A DNA stretch of 7,446 nucleotides, taken from the IMG/VR virus record IMGVR_UViG_2698536435_000009. One strand, given 5' to 3'. This document shows, one piece after another, positions 1-5,868 of the stretch. The notes below the pieces were generated by a model. It did not search any database. It saw nothing but the letters and a program-made list of their open reading frames with translations, and was not told the DNA's origin. Both the position numbers and the translations under genes were made by a program. Source of the stretch: a virus (lineage: Duplodnaviria; Heunggongvirae; Uroviricota; Caudoviricetes). How positions within the stretch are numbered: the stretch's first letter is position 1; each line of letters opens with the position of its first letter.

Positions 1-354
1 ATCGGGCATTATCTGAACATAAAACACTATCAATAAGTTGGAGTCATTACCCGATATCCTGCTGAGAACATAAACACCCACGGATCGAGGCGTACGCTAT
101 CATGTTGCTGTGCACCGCCCAGTTTATAATTGGCGATGGTATCGATATCCATGTACCACACTGACATGTTTTAAAAAATGCAATAAGACATTGTATCTGA
201 AAGAAAAAACAGGATTTTAAGGCGCTTTTTTATACCGTTTTCCGTGTTTTTAACTGCCTGATTTTATTGAAATCTTTTTTAGTTTTGCAGAAAGGATTTT
301 TTGCTCGATCGCTTTAATTTTATACATTCCTGATAACGGAAATTTTTTTGCCCG

Positions 355-384
355 TTGACAGTTTTTGTTCTCCGGGGCTATATT
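355..384 (+). promoter_or_regulatory. Candidate sigma70 promoter (TTGACA, 18-nt spacer, TATATT) reading rightward toward the Rha-family gene
   Basis: Consensus -35 TTGACA at 355-360 and near-consensus -10 TATATT at 379-384, preceded by a very AT-rich, T-tract-rich region (about 170-354) that could act as an UP element or curved DNA. Sequence pattern only. Confidence 0.4.
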
Positions 385-444
385 CCTCACACAACCGCAA
401 AATCGGTTGTCGGGATTGGCGTCTCGGATAACATCACAACGCAT

Positions 445-466
445 AGCCGCGTTTGCGGTTTTTTTT
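445..466 (+). terminator. Terminator-like hairpin with U8 tract in the leader, about 55-75 nt downstream of the candidate promoter (possible attenuator or end of a short leader RNA)
   Basis: Short GC stem CCGC/GCGG (447-450 with 455-458, extendable by A-U and G-U pairs) with GTTT loop, followed directly by eight T residues (459-466). The stem is short, so this is weak. Confidence 0.3.
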
Positions 467-565
467 GCGTTAAGCATTGCCACATTCGCATTATGGTGGG
501 GCGTGCAGGGGCGGAGAAATCCGCGCCGGGTTTTGTGATGACCGGTTACGCCAACCCTGTACGTC

Positions 566-599
566 TCACCACCTCCCTGATTGGCGTCAGAGGTGGTGA
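566..599 (+). promoter_or_regulatory. Perfect 9-bp stem hairpin (TCACCACCT, 16-nt loop, AGGTGGTGA) immediately upstream of the Rha-family gene ribosome-binding site
   Basis: Perfect inverted repeat read directly from the sequence. The 3' arm is Shine-Dalgarno-like, and the hairpin ends 14 nt before the GGAG at 614-617. Confidence 0.3.
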
Positions 600-626
600 T
601 CATCCAATTAATTGGAGTCATCACAT

Positions 627-1184
627 ATGAATACAGCTATAACTTTTTCTAACGAGTCACCAAAAGTCTTTTTCAAAGATGGTCGCCTGGTTACCACCTC
701 TCAAGCTGTTGCCGACTACTTCGATAAACAACATAAACACGTTTTAGCTAAGATTGACACACTCGACTGCTCTCCCGAATTTACATCAGCCAACTTTTCG
801 GCCGATGTTCAGACTGTCGAAATTGGCAACGGCGCAGAACGTGAATCACGATGCTACCTGATCACAAAAGACGGCTTCATGTTCCTCGTAATGGGATTTA
901 CTGGCAAAAAAGCAGCCAGACTAAAAGAAGCTTACATTGAAAAATTTAACGCAATGGAAGAAGAACTCCACAAACGTCCTCCTGCAGCACAAAACTCCCC
1001 CGCCCCAAATAATGGATGCGCATTACTGATCCACTTCGATAAACACGGTCAGGTCGAGTTCACAGAAAAAGTCCCCGCCGATGCGATGGTATGCACTCTG
1101 GAACGGTTTAAATTTTATCTGGAGCAACATGGGTGGATCGTTGCCCGTAAAGAACAATTGGTGGAAAGGTTGATGCGGTTTTAA
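627..1184 (+). CDS. Rha-family phage regulatory protein (antirepressor-like), 185 aa
   Basis: ORF track 612..1184. The likely true start is ATG 627 with GGAG 9 nt upstream (612 is a TTG). The N-terminal region VTTSQAVADYFDKQHKHVLAKIDTL fits the Phage_pRha signature pattern (S-x-x-V/I-A-x-x-F-x-K-x-H-x-x-V-L-R/K-x-I) from memory. Stop is TAA. Confidence 0.65.
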   Translation: MNTAITFSNESPKVFFKDGRLVTTSQAVADYFDKQHKHVLAKIDTLDCSPEFTSANFSADVQTVEIGNGAERESRCYLITKDGFMFLVMGFTGKKAARLKEAYIEKFNAMEEELHKRPPAAQNSPAPNNGCALLIHFDKHGQVEFTEKVPADAMVCTLERFKFYLEQHGWIVARKEQLVERLMRF

Positions 1185-1310
1185 TGAATGCAAAACCCCG
1201 GATGATCACCGAGGTTAATTTTATCGAGCGTGATTGCCGCTAATCGCCATCGCTCTGATTGAGCGTAAATCATTCAGGTTATTCAGTTCTTCCTTCTGCT
1301 CTCGCTGACG

Positions 1311-1481
1311 TCAATAAATCCCATCATTGCGATCAACCTCATCCTTAACCATTGATGCGAGCAGTTCTTCCAGTTTCTGCGCTGACAGCTTTACCTGGTG
1401 ATCTTCAGCATCTTCCCGGGCTATTGTGGTTCGCGCAGTGGCTGATTTTGCTGACATCACCACAGGGGGCAGACGGACCAT
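1311..1481 (-). CDS. Hypothetical small protein (56 aa, MVRLPPVVMSAKSATARTTIAREDAEDHQVKLSAQKLEELLASMVKDEVDRNDGIY)
   Basis: Part of ORF track 1311..1592, whose listed start is a TTG inside the palindrome module. The internal ATG at 1479-1481 has GGAGG 10 nt upstream. No recognisable family; it could be a gene fragment. Confidence 0.2.
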   Translation of the reverse strand: MVRLPPVVMSAKSATARTTIAREDAEDHQVKLSAQKLEELLASMVKDEVDRNDGIY

Positions 1482-1547
1482 TGAACCATGGCCTCCGGAA
1501 CAAATAAGGGCAAAAATAACAACCACTATCGAAAGCTCACAAACTAA

Positions 1548-1581
1548 CCGCAGCACGTTCCTGCATACGACGTGTCTGCGG
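1548..1581. repeat. Imperfect 11-bp inverted repeat (CCGCAGCACGT ... ACGTGTCTGCGG) at the 3' junction of repeat unit A
   Basis: Read directly from the sequence. It is paralogous to the perfect palindrome at 4656-4688 and sits in a conserved roughly 70-bp module that also supplies the stop codon of the tfa-like gene. Confidence 0.5.
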
Positions 1582-1595
1582 CATAATCCCAATGA

Positions 1596-1865
1596 TTACT
1601 CCCTGACAGGATTTGCAGGCCACTCAATATCAGGTGCAGTTGATGTATCAACACGATTCAACAATACCCGATATTTATTCCATGCCTCCAGCAACGATCT
1701 TTCTTCCTCCGTTGCGATTTCCAGATCTACAGCATCCTGCAGTGGCGCAATATACTCACTAAATTCCTGGATGTAGAACTGTGTGGTGACGGTCTTCCAG
1801 CCATTCGGCTCCTGCTGTATCGAAGCATACTAGGCTATTTCAATATCGCTATGCTGCGGCAGCAT
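1596..1865 (-). pseudogene. Tail fibre assembly (Tfa)-like short protein, copy A, inactivated by an amber codon at codon 12
   Basis: About 90% DNA identity to the intact copy at 3654..3923. Translation gives [11 protein letters not shown] then TAG (plus-strand CTAGG at 1830-1834, where copy B has CCAGG). The rest stays in frame and keeps the conserved Tfa C-terminal motif ([25 protein letters not shown]). Confidence 0.6.
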
Positions 1866-1921
1866 TTAACCCCTTGTAATTCATCGCCATAATTGATTTA
1901 ATTCACAAATAAAACTATAAC

Positions 1922-2373
1922 ATGGTGAAATCAATGAAAACAAACACAGATGATGGGGCTAAAATTTACACACCACTTACCCTAAAGCTTTATGACTGGT
2001 GGGTTTTGGGAGTATCAAATCGGCTTGCATGGGGATGTCCTACAAAGGAACACCTTCTTCCACACTTTCTGGAACATTTAGGTAACAACCATCTGGATAT
2101 TGGTGTTGGAACTGGGTTTTACCTTACTCACGTACCTGAGAGTAGTCTGATATCTTTAATGGATTTGAACGAAGCTAGCCTGAACGCGGCATCTACAAGG
2201 GCTGGGGAATCAAAAATTAAACATAAAATTAGCCATGATGTTTTTGAACCTTATCCCGCGGCGTTACATGGTCAATTTGATTCCATTTCCATGTTTTACC
2301 TTCTTCACTGCCTGCCTGGAAATATATCTACAAAAAGCTGTGTAATACGCAATGCGGCGCAGGCCTTAACTGA
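1922..2373 (+). pseudogene. Class I SAM-dependent methyltransferase, copy A, truncated after codon 150 by the IS110-family element
   Basis: DNA is identical to 3980..4431 of the intact copy and the homology stops abruptly at 2373. The ORF track frame (1922..2461) reads on into the IS, adding an unrelated 29-aa tail. Motif I LDIGVGTGFY is present. Confidence 0.7.
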
Positions 2374-3653
2374 ATCAGGGAACTGGTTATTCTCATTTTT
2401 TATTTGTGACATTGTGGTTGTTGTGCGACAGACATTGCTATTCGGCCCATATCCCAGATAAAACCCGCCAGCTCACGTGCAACAGCAACAATTGTAATAT
2501 TGACATTCTTTCCTTTGGCCTGAAGTTTTCGATACCTCTTACAAAGCCTGAGTTGAGCATCCCATGCTCTGTCAATGACGGGGCGGGGTAAATTTTCCTG
2601 CCTTTTTTGTATTGCCGGACTGATGCGTGCCGGATGACGGTAACTCCACGCTGCCTCGACCAATAGCTTTCTGGCATAGCTGTTTCCGGCTTTGGTAATG
2701 CTGCCCTGATGTCTGCTTCCACCCGATGAATATTCTGATGGCGTGATACCAAACCATGACATCAGTTGTCGTGGATGTTCAAAACGGGTCAGATCACCCA
2801 GTTCAGAAATTAATCCAACCGCAGTAATAAACTGAATCCCTCGCATGGCTTGCAGCGCCTCTACTACCGGATACAGCCTCCATTCGGTAACGGCCTCCTT
2901 CAGGGCGGATTCCAGCCGTTCACATTGTGCCTGCCGATCTTCTATTGTACGACGGTGTTCGTCAAAAGCTAATTGTCGCCAGGGACTTTCGAATGAGTAT
3001 TTGCTGAGCCAGCGTCGGTGTGCAGGGCCCCAATCTGCTCGCCCGACATAATGGACCCCATGAACCAGAAGAAACGATTTCAGACGTTGCCTTGCATGCC
3101 GTAAATCATCGCGGGCAGATGCCCATGCCCGGGCCAAATCCCGGAATGCCTCATCTTCAATGCCGGGTACGTAGACAGCAGAAAGATCTCCTGCACGCAG
3201 TGAACGCACAAGTCTGATGGCATCACGGCGATCGGTTTTAACCCGCTCCCCCGGTTTTTTCGGGATAAGTGAGGGGGCGCAGACCATGCAGTCAAAACCG
3301 GATTTCACCAGCCGACGATAAAGTCCATAACCACAGGGCCCCGCTTCATAAACGATACTGACCTGCGATGACTTTGACCTGAGACGTTTACAAAGATTCT
3401 GAATATCAGTAGGTGATGTGCCAATTTTACCCATCAGTTCAACAGGTTCTGAATTGATAGCATAAGCGACAGTAATCGATTCTTTGTGAACATCTAACCC
3501 GACGTACAATGTGTTATTGTTGTTCATGCTGGCCTCCGTGGTGGAAATACCGGGGTGTAGCAACAGCTCACCCATGCGGCTCTGACAACGATGTTAACCC
3601 GCGTTAAATATCCCACGTTGGCCAGCATCTGTCTCACGGAAAGTCATACTGCC
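2374..3653 (-). mobile_element. IS110-family insertion sequence (about 1.28 kb, boundaries approximate) with no obvious terminal inverted repeats
   Basis: Bounded on the left by the break in methyltransferase homology at 2373/2374 and on the right by the tfa-like copy B (stop at 3654, homology to copy A resuming at 3676). It contains a single DEDD-type transposase ORF. The right boundary is uncertain within 3528-3675. Confidence 0.65.
2400..3527 (-). CDS. IS110-family (DEDD) transposase, about 375 aa
   Basis: ORF track 2400..3575. The preferred start is ATG 3525-3527 (MNNNNTLYVGLDVHK) with GGAGG 7 nt upstream. It has the N-terminal YVGLDVHK motif typical of IS110-family transposases and the C-terminal ITAVGLISELGDLTRFEHPRQLMSWFGITPSEYSSGGSRHQGSITKAGNSYARKLL region. 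Confidence 0.85.
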   Translation of the reverse strand: MNNNNTLYVGLDVHKESITVAYAINSEPVELMGKIGTSPTDIQNLCKRLRSKSSQVSIVYEAGPCGYGLYRRLVKSGFDCMVCAPSLIPKKPGERVKTDRRDAIRLVRSLRAGDLSAVYVPGIEDEAFRDLARAWASARDDLRHARQRLKSFLLVHGVHYVGRADWGPAHRRWLSKYSFESPWRQLAFDEHRRTIEDRQAQCERLESALKEAVTEWRLYPVVEALQAMRGIQFITAVGLISELGDLTRFEHPRQLMSWFGITPSEYSSGGSRHQGSITKAGNSYARKLLVEAAWSYRHPARISPAIQKRQENLPRPVIDRAWDAQLRLCKRYRKLQAKGKNVNITIVAVARELAGFIWDMGRIAMSVAQQPQCHK

Positions 3654-3923
3654 TTACATTGTGTCTGGTTCTTCCGGCCACTCAATATCAGGTGCAGTTG
3701 ATGTATCAACACGGTTCAGCAACACCCGATACTTCTTCCAGGCTTCCAGCAACGAGTTTTCTTCCTCCGTTGCGATCTCCAGATCTACAGCATCCTGAAG
3801 TGGCGCAATATGCTCACTGAATTCCTGGATGTAGAACTGTGTGGTGACGGTCTTCCAGCCATTCGGCTCCTGCTGTATCGAAGCATACCAGGCTATTTCA
3901 ATATCGCTATGCTGCGGCAGCAT
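3654..3923 (-). CDS. Short tail fibre assembly (Tfa)-like protein, 89 aa, intact copy B
   Basis: ORF track 3654..3923. The C-terminal 50 aa ([50 protein letters not shown]) align with the C-terminus of the full-length Tfa at 6583..7110 ([45 protein letters not shown]). The N-terminal 40 aa are unrelated. Confidence 0.55.
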   Translation of the reverse strand: MLPQHSDIEIAWYASIQQEPNGWKTVTTQFYIQEFSEHIAPLQDAVDLEIATEEENSLLEAWKKYRVLLNRVDTSTAPDIEWPEEPDTM

Positions 3924-3950
3924 TTAACCCCTTGTAATTCATCGCCATAA

Positions 3951-3979
3951 TTGATTTAATTCACAAATAAAACTATAAC
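3951..3979 (+). promoter_or_regulatory. Possible promoter for the methyltransferase gene (TTGATT, 17-nt spacer, TATAAC)
   Basis: Hexamers at 3951-3956 and 3974-3979 in the 56-bp divergent intergenic region. The -10 element abuts ATG 3980, so the real start may be the second ATG at 3992 on a very short leader. Weak, pattern only. Confidence 0.2.
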
Positions 3980-4648
3980 ATGGTGAAATCAATGAAAACA
4001 AACACAGATGATGGGGCTAAAATTTACACACCACTTACCCTAAAGCTTTATGACTGGTGGGTTTTGGGAGTATCAAATCGGCTTGCATGGGGATGTCCTA
4101 CAAAGGAACACCTTCTTCCACACTTTCTGGAACATTTAGGTAACAACCATCTGGATATTGGTGTTGGAACTGGGTTTTACCTTACTCACGTACCTGAGAG
4201 TAGTCTGATATCTTTAATGGATTTGAACGAAGCTAGCCTGAACGCGGCATCTACAAGGGCTGGGGAATCAAAAATTAAACATAAAATTAGCCATGATGTT
4301 TTTGAACCTTATCCCGCGGCGTTACATGGTCAATTTGATTCCATTTCCATGTTTTACCTTCTTCACTGCCTGCCTGGAAATATATCTACAAAAAGCTGTG
4401 TAATACGCAATGCGGCGCAGGCCTTAACTGACGATGGAACTCTATACGGAGCCACAATTCTTGGCGATGGAGTTGTGCACAATAGCTTCGGTCAAAAACT
4501 GATGCGCATTTACAATCAGAAAGGCATCTTTTCAAACACAAAAGATTCCGAAGAAGGCTTAACACATATACTCTCAGAGCATTTCGAGAATGTTAAAACC
4601 AGGGTTCAAGGTACTGTAGTAATGTTTTCCGCTTCAGGGAAAAAATAG
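3980..4648 (+). CDS. Class I SAM-dependent methyltransferase (Rossmann fold), 222 aa, intact copy B
   Basis: ORF track 3980..4648. Motif I LDIGVGTGFYL (hh-D-h-G-x-G-x-G), with an acidic residue after beta-2 (LMDLNEA). No DNA-methyltransferase catalytic motifs (DPPY/NPPY or PC) were seen. An alternative start is ATG 3992. Stop is TAG. Confidence 0.8.
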   Translation: MVKSMKTNTDDGAKIYTPLTLKLYDWWVLGVSNRLAWGCPTKEHLLPHFLEHLGNNHLDIGVGTGFYLTHVPESSLISLMDLNEASLNAASTRAGESKIKHKISHDVFEPYPAALHGQFDSISMFYLLHCLPGNISTKSCVIRNAAQALTDDGTLYGATILGDGVVHNSFGQKLMRIYNQKGIFSNTKDSEEGLTHILSEHFENVKTRVQGTVVMFSASGKK

Positions 4649-4655
4649 CATCCAA

Positions 4656-4688
4656 CCGCAGCACGTTCTTGCTTAAGACGTGCTGCGG
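4656..4688. repeat. Perfect 11-bp inverted repeat (CCGCAGCACGT, 11-nt loop, ACGTGCTGCGG) between the convergent methyltransferase and tfa fragment C
   Basis: Read directly from the sequence. It is GC-rich but has no adjacent U-tract on either strand, so it is not a canonical intrinsic terminator. Confidence 0.5.
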
Positions 4689-4702
4689 CATAATCCCAAT
4701 GA

Positions 4703-4797
4703 TTACTCCCTGACAGGGTTCGTAGGCCACTCAATATCAGGTGCAGTTGATGTATCAACACGGTTCAGCAACACCCGATACTTTTTCTAGGCTTCCA
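4703..4797 (-). pseudogene. Tfa-like C-terminal fragment, copy C, with an amber codon at the conserved Trp position
   Basis: Homologous to 3654-3745 of copy B. It reads EA then TAG then [27 protein letters not shown]. The TAG is plus-strand CTAGG at 4787-4791 where copy B has CCAGG. Homology to tfa ends at 4797. Confidence 0.55.
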
Positions 4798-4798
4798 C

Positions 4799-5029
4799 CA
4801 CCAGCACGACAAGATGCCGCATACAGTGACCCAGTCAGTCCAGTTTTCAGACAACCAGTGCGTCACCTTTTTGAAGGCGCTTTAAAGCACGTTTTAATCC
4901 AGGTCGGCCTGTCCTTGTTCCGCTTAATTTATCTTCAAATATTTGTTCATATCCTGCACAAACAAGAGCGTTTCGTTGCAGGTCTGTATTCTGGTCATTT
5001 GTTGATACCCTTACATAGCCAATCAGCAC
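4799..5029 (-). pseudogene. pin: Pin/Gin/Cin-family serine DNA invertase, N-terminal remnant (about 77 codons) with in-frame stops, fused to tfa fragment C
   Basis: From GTG 5027-5029 (GGAG 8 nt upstream) it reads MLIGYVRVSTNDQNTDLQRNALVCAGYEQIFEDKLSGTRTGRPGLKRALKRLQKGDALVV, matching the Gin/Pin N-terminus including the catalytic Ser in VRVSTNDQ. It then reads TGA-KLD-TGA-LGHCMRHLVVLVVEA against Gin WKLDRLGRSMKHLISLVGEL (Gin sequence from memory). The resolvase C-terminus and the helix-turn-helix are absent. Confidence 0.8.
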
Positions 5030-5083
5030 GCTGAATCTCCCGTCCAAAAGCACAAATCATGCCATGCAGGCCAGAAACCGCCA

Positions 5084-5109
5084 TTATCTAAAACCTCGGT
5101 TTACGAGAA
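5084..5109. other. gix/pix-type 26-bp recombination crossover site for a Gin/Pin-family invertase
   Basis: TTATCTAAAACCTCGGTTTACGAGAA, with the imperfect dyad AAACC-TC-GGTTT, closely resembles the Mu gix and e14 pix sites as I remember them. It lies between the invertase start and the tail-fibre variable segment, and the tail-fibre reading frame opens inside it at 5092. Confidence 0.7.
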
Positions 5110-5868
5110 CTCGGCACAAGCGGGGAGAAAATACCGTTACTCAGTACAGCGAATACCTGGACTAATCGACAAACATTCAGCGGTGGCCTTTCTGGTGAAC
5201 TATCCGGCAATGCTTCTACAGCTGCAAAATTAAAAACTGCCAGGAAAATAAGCAATGTGGCTTTTGATGGTTCCTCCGATATCACATTAAAAGCAAGTCA
5301 TGTTGGTGCGTTTGCCTTAGGGAAAACAGGAAGCACCGTTGCGAATGATAAAGCAGTTGGATGGAACTGGAGTAGCGGAGCCTATAACGCAACTATTAGT
5401 GGTGCATCAACGTTAATTATTCATTTTTATATGGGAGAAGGAAGTTGTCCTGCAGCTCAGTTTCGGATTAATTATAAAAATGGCGGTATTTTTTATCGTT
5501 CAGCCCGTGATGGTTATGGTTTTGAAGCCGACTGGTCCGAATTTTACACCACCAGAAAACCTTCAGCAGGAGATGTTGGTGCACTGCCGTTATCTGGTGG
5601 TCAACTGAATGGTGCACTGGGTATCGGAACATCCAGTGCTCTTGGCGGTAATTCGATTGTATTGGGTGATAATGACACGGGCTTTAAACAAAAAGGCGAT
5701 GGTAATCTGGATGTTTATGCTAATAACGTCCATGTTATGCGCTTTGTCTCCGGAAGCATTCAAAGTAATAAAACCATAAATATTACGGGACGTGTTAATC
5801 CCTCGGATTACGGTAACTTTGATTCCCGCTATGTGAGAGATGTCAGACTTGGCACACGAGTTGTTTAG
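5092..5868 (+). CDS. Tail fibre protein variable C-terminal segment (Sv, silent orientation), with no own start, ending at an in-frame TAG; the frame continues 5872..6018
   Basis: The open frame begins within the crossover site (NLGLRELGTSGEKIPLLSTANTW...) and covers ORF track 5257..5868 (GTG-initiated). It is Gly/Ser-rich and fibre-like. After TAG 5866-5868 the same frame encodes 48 more aa ending [17 protein letters not shown], homologous to the C-terminus of the minus-strand copy ([17 protein letters not shown]). Confidence 0.6.
   Translation, partial: NLGLRELGTSGEKIPLLSTANTWTNRQTFSGGLSGELSGNASTAAKLKTARKISNVAFDGSSDITLKASHVGAFALGKTGSTVANDKAVGWNWSSGAYNATISGASTLIIHFYMGEGSCPAAQFRINYKNGGIFYRSARDGYGFEADWSEFYTTRKPSAGDVGALPLSGGQLNGALGIGTSSALGGNSIVLGDNDTGFKQKGDGNLDVYANNVHVMRFVSGSIQSNKTINITGRVNPSDYGNFDSRYVRDVRLGTRVV

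Noticed and set aside
30-168. Small minus-strand ORF of about 46 codons at the left edge (MSVWYMDIDTIANYKLGGAQQHDSVRLDPWVFMFSAGYRVMTPTY), not in the track
   Set aside because: Too short, no convincing ribosome-binding site, no recognisable family. It may be part of a gene truncated by the window edge, so it is not annotated.
250-624. ORF track 124-aa minus-strand ORF across the promoter and leader region
   Set aside because: It overlaps the AT-rich promoter region and the structured leader and has a low-complexity Lys-rich C-terminus from A/T tracts. No ribosome-binding site and no recognisable domain. Most likely a chance ORF.
355-630. ORF track 91-aa plus-strand ORF upstream of the Rha-family gene
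   Set aside because: Its listed start is the TTG of the -35 hexamer itself, so it cannot be translated from that promoter as drawn. Only the downstream part (from ATG 493 or 538) is kept, as a speculative leader ORF in the findings.
1426-1776. ORF track 116-aa plus-strand ORF
   Set aside because: It lies antisense to the tfa-like copy A and the palindrome module, with no ribosome-binding site or recognisable motif. Treated as a shadow ORF of the minus-strand gene.
2406-3295. Six short ORFs from the track lying within the transposase gene span (2406..2591 +, 2438..2752 -, 2572..2757 -, 2845..3051 +, 3020..3217 +, 3080..3295 -)
   Set aside because: All lie inside the well-supported 375-aa IS110-family transposase gene, in other frames or on the opposite strand. 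No independent support.
3295-3312. Sequence CAAAACCGGATTTCACC, loosely resembling half of a gix-type crossover site
   Set aside because: It lacks the central dinucleotide spacing and the flanking TTATC/GAA arms, and it lies inside the transposase coding sequence. Judged a chance match. The only convincing crossover site is 5084-5109.
4717-4728. GGTTCGTAGGCC, superficially like a tRNA T-arm or a REP-element end (GGCCTAC on the reverse strand)
   Set aside because: No acceptor-stem or anticodon-arm context for a tRNA and no full REP consensus. It is part of the tfa fragment C coding tail. Any link to IS110-type target preference is too speculative to report as a feature.
4741-5034. ORF track 97-aa plus-strand ORF
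   Set aside because: It is antisense to the invertase remnant and tfa fragment C, a region that is itself pseudogenised. No motif.
5088-5285. ORF track 65-aa minus-strand ORF overlapping the crossover site and the start of the tail-fibre segment
   Set aside because: It is antisense to the tail-fibre frame, which has strong paralogue support, and has no ribosome-binding site. An invertase promoter may lie here but I could not identify convincing -35/-10 elements.
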